From NCBI GenBank assembly GCA_965644295.1, contig CBFFRP010000297.1, positions 248,001 to 312,000 on the forward strand: a stretch of 64,000 nt of DNA. The letters run 5' to 3'. The notes below the pieces were generated by a model that saw nothing but the letters and a program-made list of their open reading frames with translations, was not told the DNA's origin and searched no databases. The DNA comes from Paraphysomonas bandaiensis (taxonomy: Eukaryota; Protista; Chrysophyceae). Both the position numbers and the translations under genes were made by a program. Shown in pieces: positions 21,736-34,904 of the stretch; the stretch's first letter is position 1, and each line of letters begins with the position of its first letter.

Positions 21736-24700
21736 CTACTTTAATTTACCAGTTAAAGTTCGCTTTCTATATTTTCGCGAAGAGTAGAAACGGCTTTCCA
21801 TTGCAGAAGGGTAGTCAATGAAGTCATCATCACTATCACCTTGCTTATCTGAAGTTCGACATTCATCCAAAGTGTCAACTATACATGAATTCCGATCGAC
21901 TCTACTGTATTCCACCCCAGAATGATCATTTTGAACAGTAGTTGAGAGCTCCTGAAAGGACGCACTAATTTCTTGAGCGGAATTAGCGCATCCAGGTTTC
22001 TCAGCAGGGGATCTCACTTGGGGCGATATAGTCTTACTTTGAAACGATGCTAGGGATTTAACAAGCTGGTAGTTAACAAAACAAGTGTCCAAATATTGAA
22101 TATTATCTTTATCAGCAGCAATTATTTTAGCGGCAACAGTTAAGATAGCATTCGCCTGATAGTATAATACCAGAAGCCGATAAACAATACCATCTGCAGG
22201 AACCCATGTATCCTCCAGTACAAAACGATAGCATTGTTCAGTAAAGAATGTCAAAGAAGATTCTGCTCCCGCAGGCCACATCCACTCTTCCACAACAACA
22301 ACCAACGAGGGCTCACCACCTGAATGCTTGCACAGTTTATCTTCAATGTAGCTCATTTGAGACAAAATAGGCTCCACGGACACTACAGATGAGAGCCCGA
22401 CCACTCCCCAACCGGTAGTAGAAGATCCTTTACTCCATTTCCATTGCTGCATGATTTCTAGCATGAACTCGGCAAAAAACCTGTTTCCAGACACCAGACT
22501 CCCTACAACAGAGTGTGAGTCACATGCGCTAGCCGTGACGCAGTTTGGATAGCAGGTATCTGTTTCTGACGAAGATTCTGTAGGGTCAGCAGTGTTGGAT
22601 TTCTGCAGACATTTCGAAAACAGCTCAGATATTGTTGGCTGTTGGGACTGCTTTGCGGTGGCATCAGAAGACTCCTTTTCACTTTTTTTCTTCCGAGTAC
22701 CCTTACGCCCTTTTCGCGCAGTCATAATTCCATTTTTACAATCAAGAAGACGTCGTTCCGTCTGCTCCTGTATATACTGCAAATGATCTGCAAACTTTTT
22801 TGTGTTCAAGTTAAAGAATATCTTCAGGGGAGTCAAGATTTCTTCTACACAAGTATGGTCCGCGACAACATTTCTCATCCATCGTGATAGATGTCTCTGA
22901 TTCGACTGGATACGAAAACGCGGGTCGCATAGCACAACAGCCCCGAAGTCCCTAATGTGTCGAATACATCTCCCGACGGCTTGATTAACTGCCCGATAAG
23001 CCTGCTGCGAATACCACTGCTCGCCGTTTAGAGAAACTTTGGCCGTCTCCTTTTGTCGCTTGTTGTCCATAAATTGTCGTTTTAGCTTCACTTCAAGACT
23101 AGCAAGGCTCGGATAGGGTATTCCGACTATGACTACAGTACGCGCATAGTTGTCAGCAAAGTCTATACCCTCGCTAACCTTCCCACGACAGACGGCGAAG
23201 AGAATAGCTCTCCCTCCAGAGTCAATAGCACTGTAGTACTGCTTCAGCATCTTGTCCAGTGTACTCCCGTCCCTTGGTTCAACGTGAACAGACGTATTTC
23301 GACCAGTGTCATCTAAACAACGAGAAAATTCACTCATATAACCAATACTTGTCCATCTCCCCACAAGCTTATCAAGCAAACTGTAAGATGGTAAAAATAC
23401 AAGAATGCCTCCATCCGTCACTCTACCTAAAGCTAAGACAGCATTGCCAACTGAATCTTGAAAATCGAAATTGCTTTGGTTTAGAAACGTGCAATCCAGT
23501 GACGTACCACCACAACTACCAACGGCTGCGACGTATACCTGAAAACCAGTCAGAGAACCTCCAGATAATTCCAGTACAAACTCCTACCTGCGCCTGCGTG
23601 TCAATGACATGACTAGCCTCCACTCGAACGGGGAATTGGACGTCAAGTTCACTTTCGAAAGAGTCCAGAGGAGAGAGCGTACCACTGGTGAGAATGACCG
23701 ACCAACAGTTGTCAGCTAAATGCTTGAAAGCGACACTGGCAGAAAGGCACCAAAAATTGAGGGATATTTCCTGTCCTTTGCCGTTCCGACCCATACGGCC
23801 ATCTTCTGATCGCTCGATCACCATCCTGTAGGCTTCTATATGTACGCACGAATCACGTAACATAAAATCAAATACCACCAATAATTGTGCCAATACGCCC
23901 TTTGATTGTGCAGTCAGCACCGGCTTCTGTTCGTCAGTGTTGCCAGAGTCAGTACCGGTGTGGTCATAGGTAATATCCAGATGGGATGTTCTTTTTTGCT
24001 CTTCGCCCTGCAGCATCGCTAGTCGATGTTCATCCTCCTCTCCTCTTACTGCTTCATAGAACTCCTTATACACAGCCAAAGCATCCCAAGTCAGCCCTAC
24101 TTCATGCTCTAAAATATCAAGAGCCTCTCTTCCATCCCATACATTCTGCTCTTGCTCAAATCCTACGTCTTGAAGCAGACCATATGTTCGCTTCATCCAA
24201 CTCATTAGTCCGGTTATAAGAGTAAGTAAACCGTTATAGGCAGAGCTATGCTCTGTGGAGGAAGTACCTACTCGCAACTGACCCGCTACTAGAGAAAGGG
24301 TTGATATGGTTACTTCCAGAGACGCTGCTGACCGACATACATCTTCAATATTGTGCGCTTCATCAAACACCACAACTGCATCCTTGAGATCTATCCGGCA
24401 GGCAGCACGAATAGTGGGTTCTATAAGGTATGCATAAGGTGCGAACACTATATCCGCATTTGGAAACACACTTTGGGACGAAAAATAAGGGCACCCTCTG
24501 TTTTGTTTACCCTATACGAACAGTTAATAAAATTAAGTAATACATACTAACAAGCCGGGTTCAGCACTTACCAGGGCTACAGCGTCCTCGATGTCCCAAA
24601 CTCTCAACTCAGCAAGAGCAGACAGAGTGTTGGTCAGGTCACGGGTAAATGGACATGGCATATCCACTTGAAATTTTCTACACTCCTCGTCCACTAAATC

Positions 24701-25452
24701 GCCTCTGAGAGTACCACCAGATCGAGAAGCTTCAAGAACGTATTTGTTTACGCATAGCCGCGAACGAGATCCTAGTACACACATGGTGAGATCTGACGTG
24801 TACGAGCTATGACAGGCCTTGAGTTCATTCACCGCTTGGTGTAGCTGTGAGTGTGTGCGAGAGCAGAAAAATATCCGAGGTTTCTTCGAAAAAGTGGATC
24901 TTTTCTTACCACTGCGGACACCCTCGTTCGCTTCGGATAAGGAAGGAGTCGATATTTCAGACTCGGGTTTGAGTGGATTAACTTTCTCCTTAGATGGTGT
25001 TGTCTGTAATGGGGAAGAGAGAACTGAACAGGAACCACATTCGTTCTTCACATTCCTACTGAAGTTCTCGGGTGTTGAGGCGGTACAAGGTGATGGAGCA
25101 ACATGTTGGACAATTGGCAGGTCTGTTTCTTTAATCAACTCATGCTCACGTTTTCGCCACGACAACGTACTCGTCAATAAAGCCAATGTCTTTCCCGTTC
25201 CTGACGAATAAAACCCTTTCATTCATGTTGTTATATGTAGAAGCATATATTACCTGTTGGAGACTCTAAGAGTGCATTTTTCCCTTTAGATAACGCAGTT
25301 AGTGCCTTTGAAATAACAGCCAATTGCGCCTGTATTCATTTCTTATTATAAATACACTCCTAGAGACTATATATATCACTTACGGAAAATGGCCTCTTGT
25401 TATCAGGGAAATATATATCATGTCCCATTATATGATAAGGGTCACTCTGCAT
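21736..25452 (-). CDS. BRIP1: FANCJ/BRIP1-like Fe-S DEAH helicase (XPD family), multi-exon
   Basis: ALLESPTGTGKTLALL, SRTHSQL, Fe-S cysteines, WDIED, GCPYF, DEAHNIEDVCR, ILTSGTLSP, GKVSEGIDF, QAYRAVNQAVGRCIRH. Closer to FANCJ than RTEL1 by motif, but not tested phylogenetically. Confidence 0.85.
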
Positions 25453-26200
25453 GTCTTATCACAAACCAGGATCTATATAGCACTTTGCTGTACTGGATAA
25501 ACAGCAAATATCCATATCAAACCCAGCCCCTTACAAGTTCTGGGGCAATATAGAGCATATAATAATTATATGGCTTTAATTATTAAGGTGGTTTTGGGAT
25601 TCGCTTATATCCTCGAGTTTTCTACTCTAAAAATAGTACTTTTTCTAAATTTCGATAACAATACAAAATGGGGCCTAAAAATTTCCGATATTGTAAATCA
25701 TACATAGGAATTCCTACCCTACTACGATATCTTGTAGACTCTAGGAATTTCGATAACTATAAACTCTGGATTTTACAAGCATCACAATTAAACTTCAGGT
25801 TTTGATATCAATTTCACCAAATTTTAACCCATGACTCAAAATATTTCAGTTTCTATTTCTCCACATTCTTTAAGATACGTTGTATTTTTGAAGTGCGGTA
25901 TTCAGGATTCTTCTTGTTCTTGACAGTTTTGACATAATAAAATTCCAGGCGGGTCTTATGGGAATATTTGGGTGCATAAACACATACACTACTCTGTATA
26001 TATAGACACCTCCATATAATAACATGCAAAGGCCTGTTCTGAGTACGATAATTTATCTTGCAATAAGATTGTAAAAGGGATATATAATATTTGCATACAA
26101 GTATATTGCATGTCATAGCACGAGAGGAAATTTGTGAATACAAGAAACAAGAACTGTGCACTGCATTATCATACTCTAACTACACGACACTGTTCGTACA

Positions 26201-28666
26201 ATGCAGACAAAAAAGACAGATAAACACACTGTGGAATCCACTACAACAGATATCAATACTCCAAATAAATCTGATAAAGCAGAAGCAAAAAACAACTCTG
26301 TGGCTAATGGCAATAAGAGTAATGAGGATCATGAGGGGTCATCGAAACCAAAGTACAACCGACCTCGATCTAATACATGTCCTACTTTTTCTCCAACTCA
26401 ATCCCGTAGACTGAAGCTCGGATCGAAAGTTATTATTCTTGGAACTGAAAATGTTGAGTTGCGTGTTCCTCAGTATGTGGGTGTTGAAGCTGAGATTGTT
26501 GATGTGCCCGGTATGTTGGATTTCCTTCTTGTCTAATTGATGTTAGTTATATTATATACAGTGCACCCAGCAACATGGTATAAAGTGCAGTTTGCTGACG
26601 GGGCTATTGTGACTTTTCGTCCTTCGGCCCTGCGTCTTGCATCGGAGTGCACAAATATGGAAACATCAGATTTTCATGTTGCTGCAAACCGTGCACGGGA
26701 TTCGGAGGCAGATGCTAGGGCTATGCGCGCCCCCAAGCCTGCCGCAAACAGGCCGAGGTCTAACTCTGCCGGTAGTTGCGGTGACAGCGCAAATTCTAAT
26801 CTCTTAAGCACTATAGATCCAGACCGATGGCCAACTTGTCAGGTTCGTATAATGAGCGGACGTCTGGCAGGACACGTGGCAACAGTCCGATGCTCCGGAA
26901 ATGGATGGGTCCAGCTGGACACACCCTATGGAGAAGTAGCTAAGAGAGCGAGCGAGCTTGAACTTGTTGAGGTTGGAACCCATCCCTTGGATGCGGATCT
27001 TCAAGGAACCGGAACAATTGGACAAGCTGCTGGATGCAGTGGCAATGCGTTTCACGGTTCACGTCGTCGCGCTAATTCTGAATCTGTGGTCCCATCTCCT
27101 ACCGCCCGTGGTAATTTTTCATCTTCACGAAAAGACCCGCGCAATGTTAGCGACATGACACGTCTGCATCTGGTCGATTCGAAGACCATGGCTCTACAGC
27201 AGGAATATATCCGCAAGTACATTGAGAAACAGCGGTCTAAGATAAAACATCGACCGGACCTCAAGTACTGGGCACAACAGATGCGTGGTGATATGGTCGA
27301 TCCCAACTTTGAGAGAGATGTGAGTCGCGACCTCAGAACGAATTTTTGCTCGACATGCTGTATGGAGAAATGGCCCGCTGCCAAATTCTGCTGGAACGAG
27401 CTGTGTCCGTCATCACCCGTCTTTTGGAGGCTACCCGGAGGTGCAGGGAACGCTGAGGGTCCTGCGGAGAGGTATCGTGCCGTGCAGTCGCTACTCGACC
27501 AGCAGCATTTGGATGACCTCTCTGCTGATATTGCTGCGACCGCTGCTATGCGGTGCGCCCAAGCAACCACTACCGGCCACCGAAATATTTCAACCAAACC
27601 CAGTGATCGCGATGAAGCTCTTCAACCCGAAGAAGAGCTGGCTTGTTCAGTTCTTGGAGCCATGGGTCGCGTTCAGCAGCACACTACAGCCGCTCCTAAT
27701 GTGATTACAGAGTTCATAAATTCTGTTCCTGCTGTGGAGTTGGGCTCCGCCCGTTCACACCCCTCATCGAACCCTTCTAGGTCTCAGACTCCGACGTGTG
27801 GAATACACACTGCGCAGCCTGTTCCTAAAGAGGAGACTGCGAAGAACAATCGCAGTGACTCCTCGACTACAGACTGTGAAGACGTCTCTGATTGGGCTGT
27901 CCCGGGAGCTTCCCCGAAGCACCGGGGAATCGGTTGGACCAAGAAACAAGCGGCCAGCCAAATGCTAACACTTGGTATAGGGAAATCGAAGTCCGTCTCT
28001 TCGGGCAAATCGCAGCAGCAACAGCAGTCCCGTCCCCCTTTATTGCGTGTGGACTCCCTCTCTTCTGATGATTCTGCGCATGCTTCTGCCCCCGCATCTA
28101 AAAATTCTGGAGCTGTCAGGTTTGGATATGTCGAGACATCCCGTCCGAGCTCCACTAGCAGCACCACCTCCGAAGTTTCTGGGCAACGTCCACATAAAAG
28201 AGTGAGACGCAGTATATCACCTTTCTCCCCTTCCCCTAAAGGAGGCATATTCCTTGCACAAGGCCCACCCCCATCACAAGAAGAATTCGCTAGACTGGTA
28301 AGTGAGCATCACTTCCAGTCGCCTTCATCTCGGCAACACCAGCAACGGAAACCTCCTTCTCCACAGTGCCAGCAACAGATGGGCTCTCAGCAAGGCGCAC
28401 CACTTACTATCCCACTCTCAGTCCTCACTGCGCGTGTAGCTGCAGCGCATAAAAATAACAGTCCTGGGGATGCCGTAAACAAACCTGGTATGGTGCCCGA
28501 TCGCGAGCTGCCGTCTCTTGAAGCTCTTGGGAACACCAGCAGCAGCAACTCGCGGAAAAATATGTCACCTGCCCTTGTTCTCCCCACAGCTGAAGGCGGT
28601 GCTTCCACCGCACCATTGCTCACATCCTCTTCTGTTCCAACGGACACATCATCGTATTTCCACTAA
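26201..28666 (+). CDS. Protein with two KOW/SH3-like motifs, a Cys-rich putative Zn finger and a long disordered tail (2 exons)
   Basis: Intron 26511-26561. VRIMSGRLAGHVATVRCSGNGWVQL is KOW-like; CSTC..KFCWNELCPSSP; Ser/Pro/Gln-rich C-terminus. Confidence 0.75.
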
Positions 28667-29147
28667 TTGATATACAGGCGCTGTGCTGTTGCTGTGATTA
28701 CTGTACATAATACCTTACATGTATTGTTGAGTCTAAATGCATGATATACTATCACGTCGTAATTGATTGTCAGGTGTATATTTCTCACCAATTTAATGTT
28801 CCACCACAGTGAATGGTATCAAAGTAGATAATTGATTACACTAATGACATAATAATCTTAACGTCTGATTTATCGGATCTTGCTTGTGTGTTACAGTGGA
28901 CTATACACCCTTACACATCACATATAAAAAATCAGCCCCTCTTACTCCAAGTATACGTTACTGCTCTACGTTTGTTACGTTTTCACAATCCTTTAGTGCC
29001 ATACATAGATACATAGTGCATAGGAGCAGAATCTATATATTCTATATTGTGAAACAAAGTAAATTCCGGGGTAGATTCCGTACTCCAATTTCACCCTAAT
29101 ACAAGTGCATTGCTTTGTAGACCCATACATTACACATATACATACGG

Positions 29148-30580
29148 CAGGGCCACGTATCGATTAATTGTCAATCAATTGACTCAGGTTGCAGTAAATT
29201 AGCGATTAAAATTTCAATTATTACTTGCTGTCGGAATTTCAATTATTGCAATTAATTGCAATTATTTAATACTAAACTACATTAGCTGCCAATATAGCAA
29301 CATCAACTGTAATATCATTCCAGAGGCAACGGCTCATGCGTAAAAACATAGCCGAGGAGTCATAGCAATCTTAGCTCTACTGAACAACCTTTCAACTTTA
29401 TTGGTTGTGGAATGCAAATGCTTCATGCTGTGGTGACGAGTTTGCTGGTTAAGTCGACATTCTGAACTAAAATCTCACTGTCATCATCTTCTTCACCCTC
29501 ATTGAGCAAAACTAATTTAATTTGATCCTTTTCCGTCCGAGATAGTGCGGCGTCATTGTCACATTGACTCTTTACGAATGCCTTTTCGAAAGCGGCGTTA
29601 TGAAAAATAGCAGCAATGTCGCTAAGATGACGCTCGACAATCAGGTACCTTATGATGAGTTTGTCAAACAATATGCGAAAGTTGTGGAGGTCGAGCTTGA
29701 GGTGATACTTTGCGCTCGACATTTATTCATCGTGTTTGATGATGCTGAAACAGATTGCTCCAACCATAACCCTTCTTTCGTTTCAGAACACCTTTTCCTA
29801 CAGGACATTACCGGCATTGTCTTTTGGCACCTGTTTATTGCACATATCGCCAATTATGTAAACGAGTTATTATGTGAGGATATTATAATCTTTCAGTTGT
29901 GAATGTCTTATTATTAGCAATAGGCATTTAATAGTTAATGCTTAACTCTGATATCCTACTATTTGACGCTACGAAAGCTTCTTGTGCGTCACCGCAAGCA
30001 CCACTTTTGCTCTATCACCCAAAGCAAACGCAGTGAGAAAGCAGAATGATGTACCTGGCATCTTCTGACTTCAGGTTTTTTGAGTCCTTAAGGTGAACAG
30101 CCCGGATGCTTGACTTCAGCAGGCAGCCCAATACCCCGGATGCCCTTGAGGTGGGCCCAGTTACGGATGCCTGTTTATTCGTCAGAGCCCAAAGACGTCT
30201 ACACAAGTAATATTTATTATTTTCCCTTGTACCACACAAGAATTTACTAGGCTACGAGTGGGCAGAACAATAACTGCTGACTACATATGCGACTCTCGTT
30301 AGTTTACTGGAGAAATATCTCTGGTACTTACCTCCCAAAACAACACAAAAAGGTGCGAGTCCAACTTTGGTAAGGGGCCTAATCATCAATCTTCGGCTTT
30401 TATCGTAGAAATTCATTTAATAATAAACGATGCCCTTTTTAAACATCGTTTTAGTGTAAAATTGCAAAAGAAAAATTGAAGCAAGCTGGAGTCAATTAAA
30501 ATTGCAATTATGATTCGACGTCCCAATTTTATTTACTATTGCAATTTTAAAAATTGTCAAATAATTGATACGCAGCCCTG
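29148..30580 (-). mobile_element. Internally deleted hAT DNA transposon
   Basis: TIRs CAGGGCCACGTATCGATT / AATTGATACGCAGCCCTG. Transposase relics on the minus strand (RILFDKLI..HLSDIAAIFHNAAFEKAFVK; TTNKVERLFSRAK). TSD not clean. Confidence 0.8.
29900..30388 (-). repeat. Full-length copy of the ~480-bp interspersed element, inside the hAT relic
   Basis: Reverse complement aligns end to end with 59354-59828. Confidence 0.85.
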
Positions 30581-30889
30581 ATACGAGGTGCTGGAGCTTT
30601 CATCAATATATACTAAAACCTAGCACTATCATTGGTGAGGCGCTATCAAACAATATATGCAATATATAGTGTGCCATCAAACATAAAACTAATTTCATAG
30701 GATATTAAACTTTTTTTTAAATGAAGCGACCTGAGTCTCCACATAACGGAATTATCAAATGCTGTTCGGACATATAAGTCTAATCAAAAAGTACAGTAGA
30801 TGATGTCAGTTTATAACTAAAAAATTCTTACAACGTATTAAGATATAAATTATAATAAAGACTCCATGTAACAACTTTCACCAGAATAA

Positions 30890-31381
30890 CTACTTCTTTC
30901 CCATTGCGAAGTATATTAGCAGAAAAACAAACACTACAAAAGCAATAAGGTAATACATATGATTCGAACTACTTGATGATATCATAACTCCAAGTTTACT
31001 AATCGTGTTAGAAAACAGATCCGATGCAGACATAATATTAGATCCCTGATAATCAAGTACAAGAAATGTTATGACTGAATATGCAGTATGTGTATGACTG
31101 TACCATAGAATCCAATAGATTGTTTTGACTTTTGACTTCTTGATTGATATCTTCACTCATCTGAAGTCATATGAGAGACAGTATTGTATATATATACTAC
31201 ATACGGATTTTAGTAGAGATACTTGTTCTCCTAGTTCCAACCAGCGGTTATCGTTCTCCTGCTCAAGCAGTGTGCGGTTGACTTCTTCCGCCCGCTGATC
31301 TTTTGTTCCAAAAGTATAACTGCTATTACCTCTATGATGTGCCATTCCTGATATTCCGTTATGCTGTCCTCGATAGTTCAT
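30890..31381 (-). CDS. BET1: BET1-like Qc-SNARE (3 exons)
   Basis: LLEQENDNRWLELGEQVSLLKS|MSEDINQEVKSQNNLLDSM|GSNIMSASDLFSNTISKL plus C-terminal TM YYLIAFVVFVFLLIYF. Confidence 0.9.
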
Positions 31382-31464
31382 GAACTTGGTATTCGGAGTA
31401 TGTGATATAAACACTTCTAAAGAAGTATGAAATATACATACCTTCCTCCATCTCTACACATACC

Positions 31465-31996
31465 TACATACATACATACATACATACATACATACATACA
31501 TACATACATACATACATACATACATACATACATACATACATACATACATACATACATACATACATACATACATACATACATACATACATACATACATACA
31601 TACATACATACATACATACATACATACATACATACATACATACATACATACATACATACATACATACATACATACATACATCTATACATACATACATGCA
31701 TACATACATACATACATACATACATACATACATACATACATACATACATACATACATACATACATACATACATACATACATACATACATACATACATACA
31801 TACATACATACATACATACATACATACATACATACATACATACATACATACATACATACATACATACATACATACATACATACATACATACATACATACA
31901 TACATACATACATACATACATACATACATACATACATACATACATACATACATACATACATACATACATACATACATACATACATACATACATACA

Positions 31997-32026
<30 letters not shown>
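31465..32026. repeat. (TACA)n microsatellite, about 140 units
   Basis: Near-perfect array with two single-base interruptions near 31682 and 31698. Confidence 0.99.
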
Positions 32027-32027
<1 letters not shown>

Positions 32028-32125
32028 GATCTGGATCAAGATATGCATATGGCATATGGGGCATTCCATGTACAGTGTAGCAATAATGGATCGGTTGAAA
32101 TATAATCCATCCAAATCATCATTAA

Positions 32126-33422
32126 ATGCCTATTCAAAGCAGTTCACGCAAACTACACCAACGCGTCAGTGAAAGTGCTGCTGCAGTGCAGGAGTTATTC
32201 ACCCTTAACTCTCTGAACCAAAGCTTTAGTACCCAGTACAGGAGACGGACTGCAATTGCTCTGTATTTGTGCTGTATTTGTACTATGCATACATACATAA
32301 CCGGATGCCTGGGACGATGGTGGGATTGTAATATACGACTTTAAGACTGATATTTCCCGACGATGCACTGGAACAAGTACGCAACGAGGTTTATATTATG
32401 AAACGATCATAAATGGAATAAATTATGGGGAAGTGTCTTATCTTTCTCATTGGATGGTATTGATATCGTAGATGACTATGCTGCTGTGTTTTATTGCTCA
32501 CTTCAAGTTATGTAATCGGTACCAACTCATGTGTTCATGAAATACTATGTACCTCCCAATTTTTCCGAACACATTCGCGACATGTACATAGGAAATCAAC
32601 TATTTCGGTTGCCGACCTCAGTTCTTGGTGATTTTGACGCAAGTGTGACGGATGTAGATGATGCTTTTGCAAAGATTGGCTATAAAGAACCCTCGGATGG
32701 AATGAAATATTGGGATAGCGTGCTCTACTACGGCGCTGTTACTGAGAGTACTAATAATATGCTCTGGAATATCAGCAACTTCTTATCCGAATGTGTCTCG
32801 TGATTTAGTTGCCGTATGGCCAGAGCAAGTAAATTTCCGTTGGGTAGCTACTGGTTTCACTTGTTTGTGACACATATGACGGTGTGATATATCGCGAAGG
32901 TTGATTCTTTCTCTTTAGATTTCAGTGACCCGAGAAAGATTGATTTGTCAATTCCCTGGATATATTTGTAACACAGATACAATGCATTCTACTTCAGGAC
33001 TAAACAGTAACAGTAATATGCGTATTGTCAGGTATGCATACACATTGCATTTGCTTTATATGTAGTACCTTGCTCTATATTTCATCATTTTTAACCGAAT
33101 ACATTGCGGTACATCAGCCACCACGTTGTGATGATGAAATGACCGATATCTAAACGCTGTGACTGCATTGAAAGTCGTTTTCATTGTTTAGTTTATTCCT
33201 CTTCTCTTGTTGAGCTGGTGGGTTTTTTATCATTGGCCCAGATCTAGTGCAGATGAAAAGGATTCATCAGCAGATTCACAAGTATTGTATGCTGCGAATA
33301 TTTTTCCGTATATCGCGTATGCATTGGCATTAACAGTGCAGTATATGTTACCGTATTCTCATTGCTCTTATTTTGGAATAATAGAAATGAACTGCTTTCT
33401 TCTGGTGGTAAAGAAACAATAA
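32126..33422 (+). pseudogene. Probable decayed membrane-protein gene
   Basis: ORFs 32126-32344 and 32531-32803 share one frame linked through a few in-frame stops. Further hydrophobic ORF piece at 33207-33422. No family recognised. Confidence 0.35.
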
Positions 33423-34904
33423 TTTTAGTAAAGAGGCAACTATAGAATTTTGAATCAAAGTTGGCCAAAAATTACTATACTATATCTGTATGTAGTTCAC
33501 CGTATGAGGAGGTATCTATACACCTTCCAGCAGAAACTCATACTTTATGAGGTGGTAGTCAATGTATTATATTCGATCATTATATACGGAGTATGAAGCC
33601 AGCGTTGATATCTTGATCATTTATATACATCCAATATGTCTCTACAGTCTGTTGTTTTATATATTGAAAACCAAAATCCAATCTATCAAAGTATATTTTT
33701 TCTCTAGCTTTTCTAACCTCTGTTCCTTACTATTTCGAATTAACAAAAGACTTTGAGTAAAGGAAGTCAACATGACCAAGAATTTAAGCCTCAATGTGAG
33801 CAACATATTTCTCGGACAGTGCACGTAGAAATTATCACTCCTTCTCTCACAAGTTTAAGTAGAAACTAATGTATAATTCTTGCACCTGTCTTGCCCACTA
33901 AAATCCTTGGCAGAAATCAGAAATCCAGCTGCTTAAACCCTTTCTCCGCAAGCTACCTAAGCATTAGCTAGAATTTAGTTCTTAAACTAACGAAAGTAGT
34001 TGCACCTTGGTGCTTGCGGCGACGCACAAGCAGCTTCTGTAGCGTTAAATAGTAGGATAAAAGAGATTGTATTGATTAGTTATGGGTAGAGGTCTAAATA
34101 GTATGTCTAGTATTCTTCTAGCCACTAATCAGTGCAGGTTTTCAACGTCTATTGCTAAATAATAAGACATTCAATATAGTTCTTAAACTGACGAGGTTAT
34201 TCACATGCATAGCATCATCTTCAAAACAGTTGAGTTCTTACCTCCACTTTTCACGCTGCTTACTCCCAAGAGTAACTTAGTGTTGTAAGCTATTAACAAG
34301 CCACAAGTTGTTTCATCATTCATCATAGGTTATCTGTGTGATGAGGGACGACTTATTTACAACTTTCGTAATTATGCTGCATACTACAAGTGTCTCCTGT
34401 ACTGTACTGTATAGTGTAGTATTCAGCTTTCGCAGAATACACAGGTACAATGTCAAGCCAACCTTTCACTCTAATGGAAGTGGGCCAGTACCCTTATACA
34501 GGAATGATACACTTACGTAAGTAAATATATAGATATACCAATATTATTATAAGACGAATCTTACAATAAATTCTGAATATAAGAGTGCAGAGTGCTAAAA
34601 GCAATATATTACTCTCAACATTTACATTACCGCACTTTTTTTAGCCTATAAATAGCCACAAAACTGGAATAGGGTTCCACTAAATATATATGAAAAAACT
34701 TTAAATTTACACATTATTGTCATTATAAAACAATAACGATCAAAACTACGCACCAACTACATTGCGATACTTACTATATCACAACAACATATTAAAACCA
34801 ACCATGAACACACATAATTTAGGATATAATTGAAATCTGCTATGTAAAGCAGGTATTTGTGAAAGTTCTATTTTGTCACATCCGAGGAATAACAGCATGT
34901 TTAA

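Noticed and set aside
31417-32172. Long MYVC/YIHT ORFs
   Set aside because: These are translations of the (TACA)n microsatellite.
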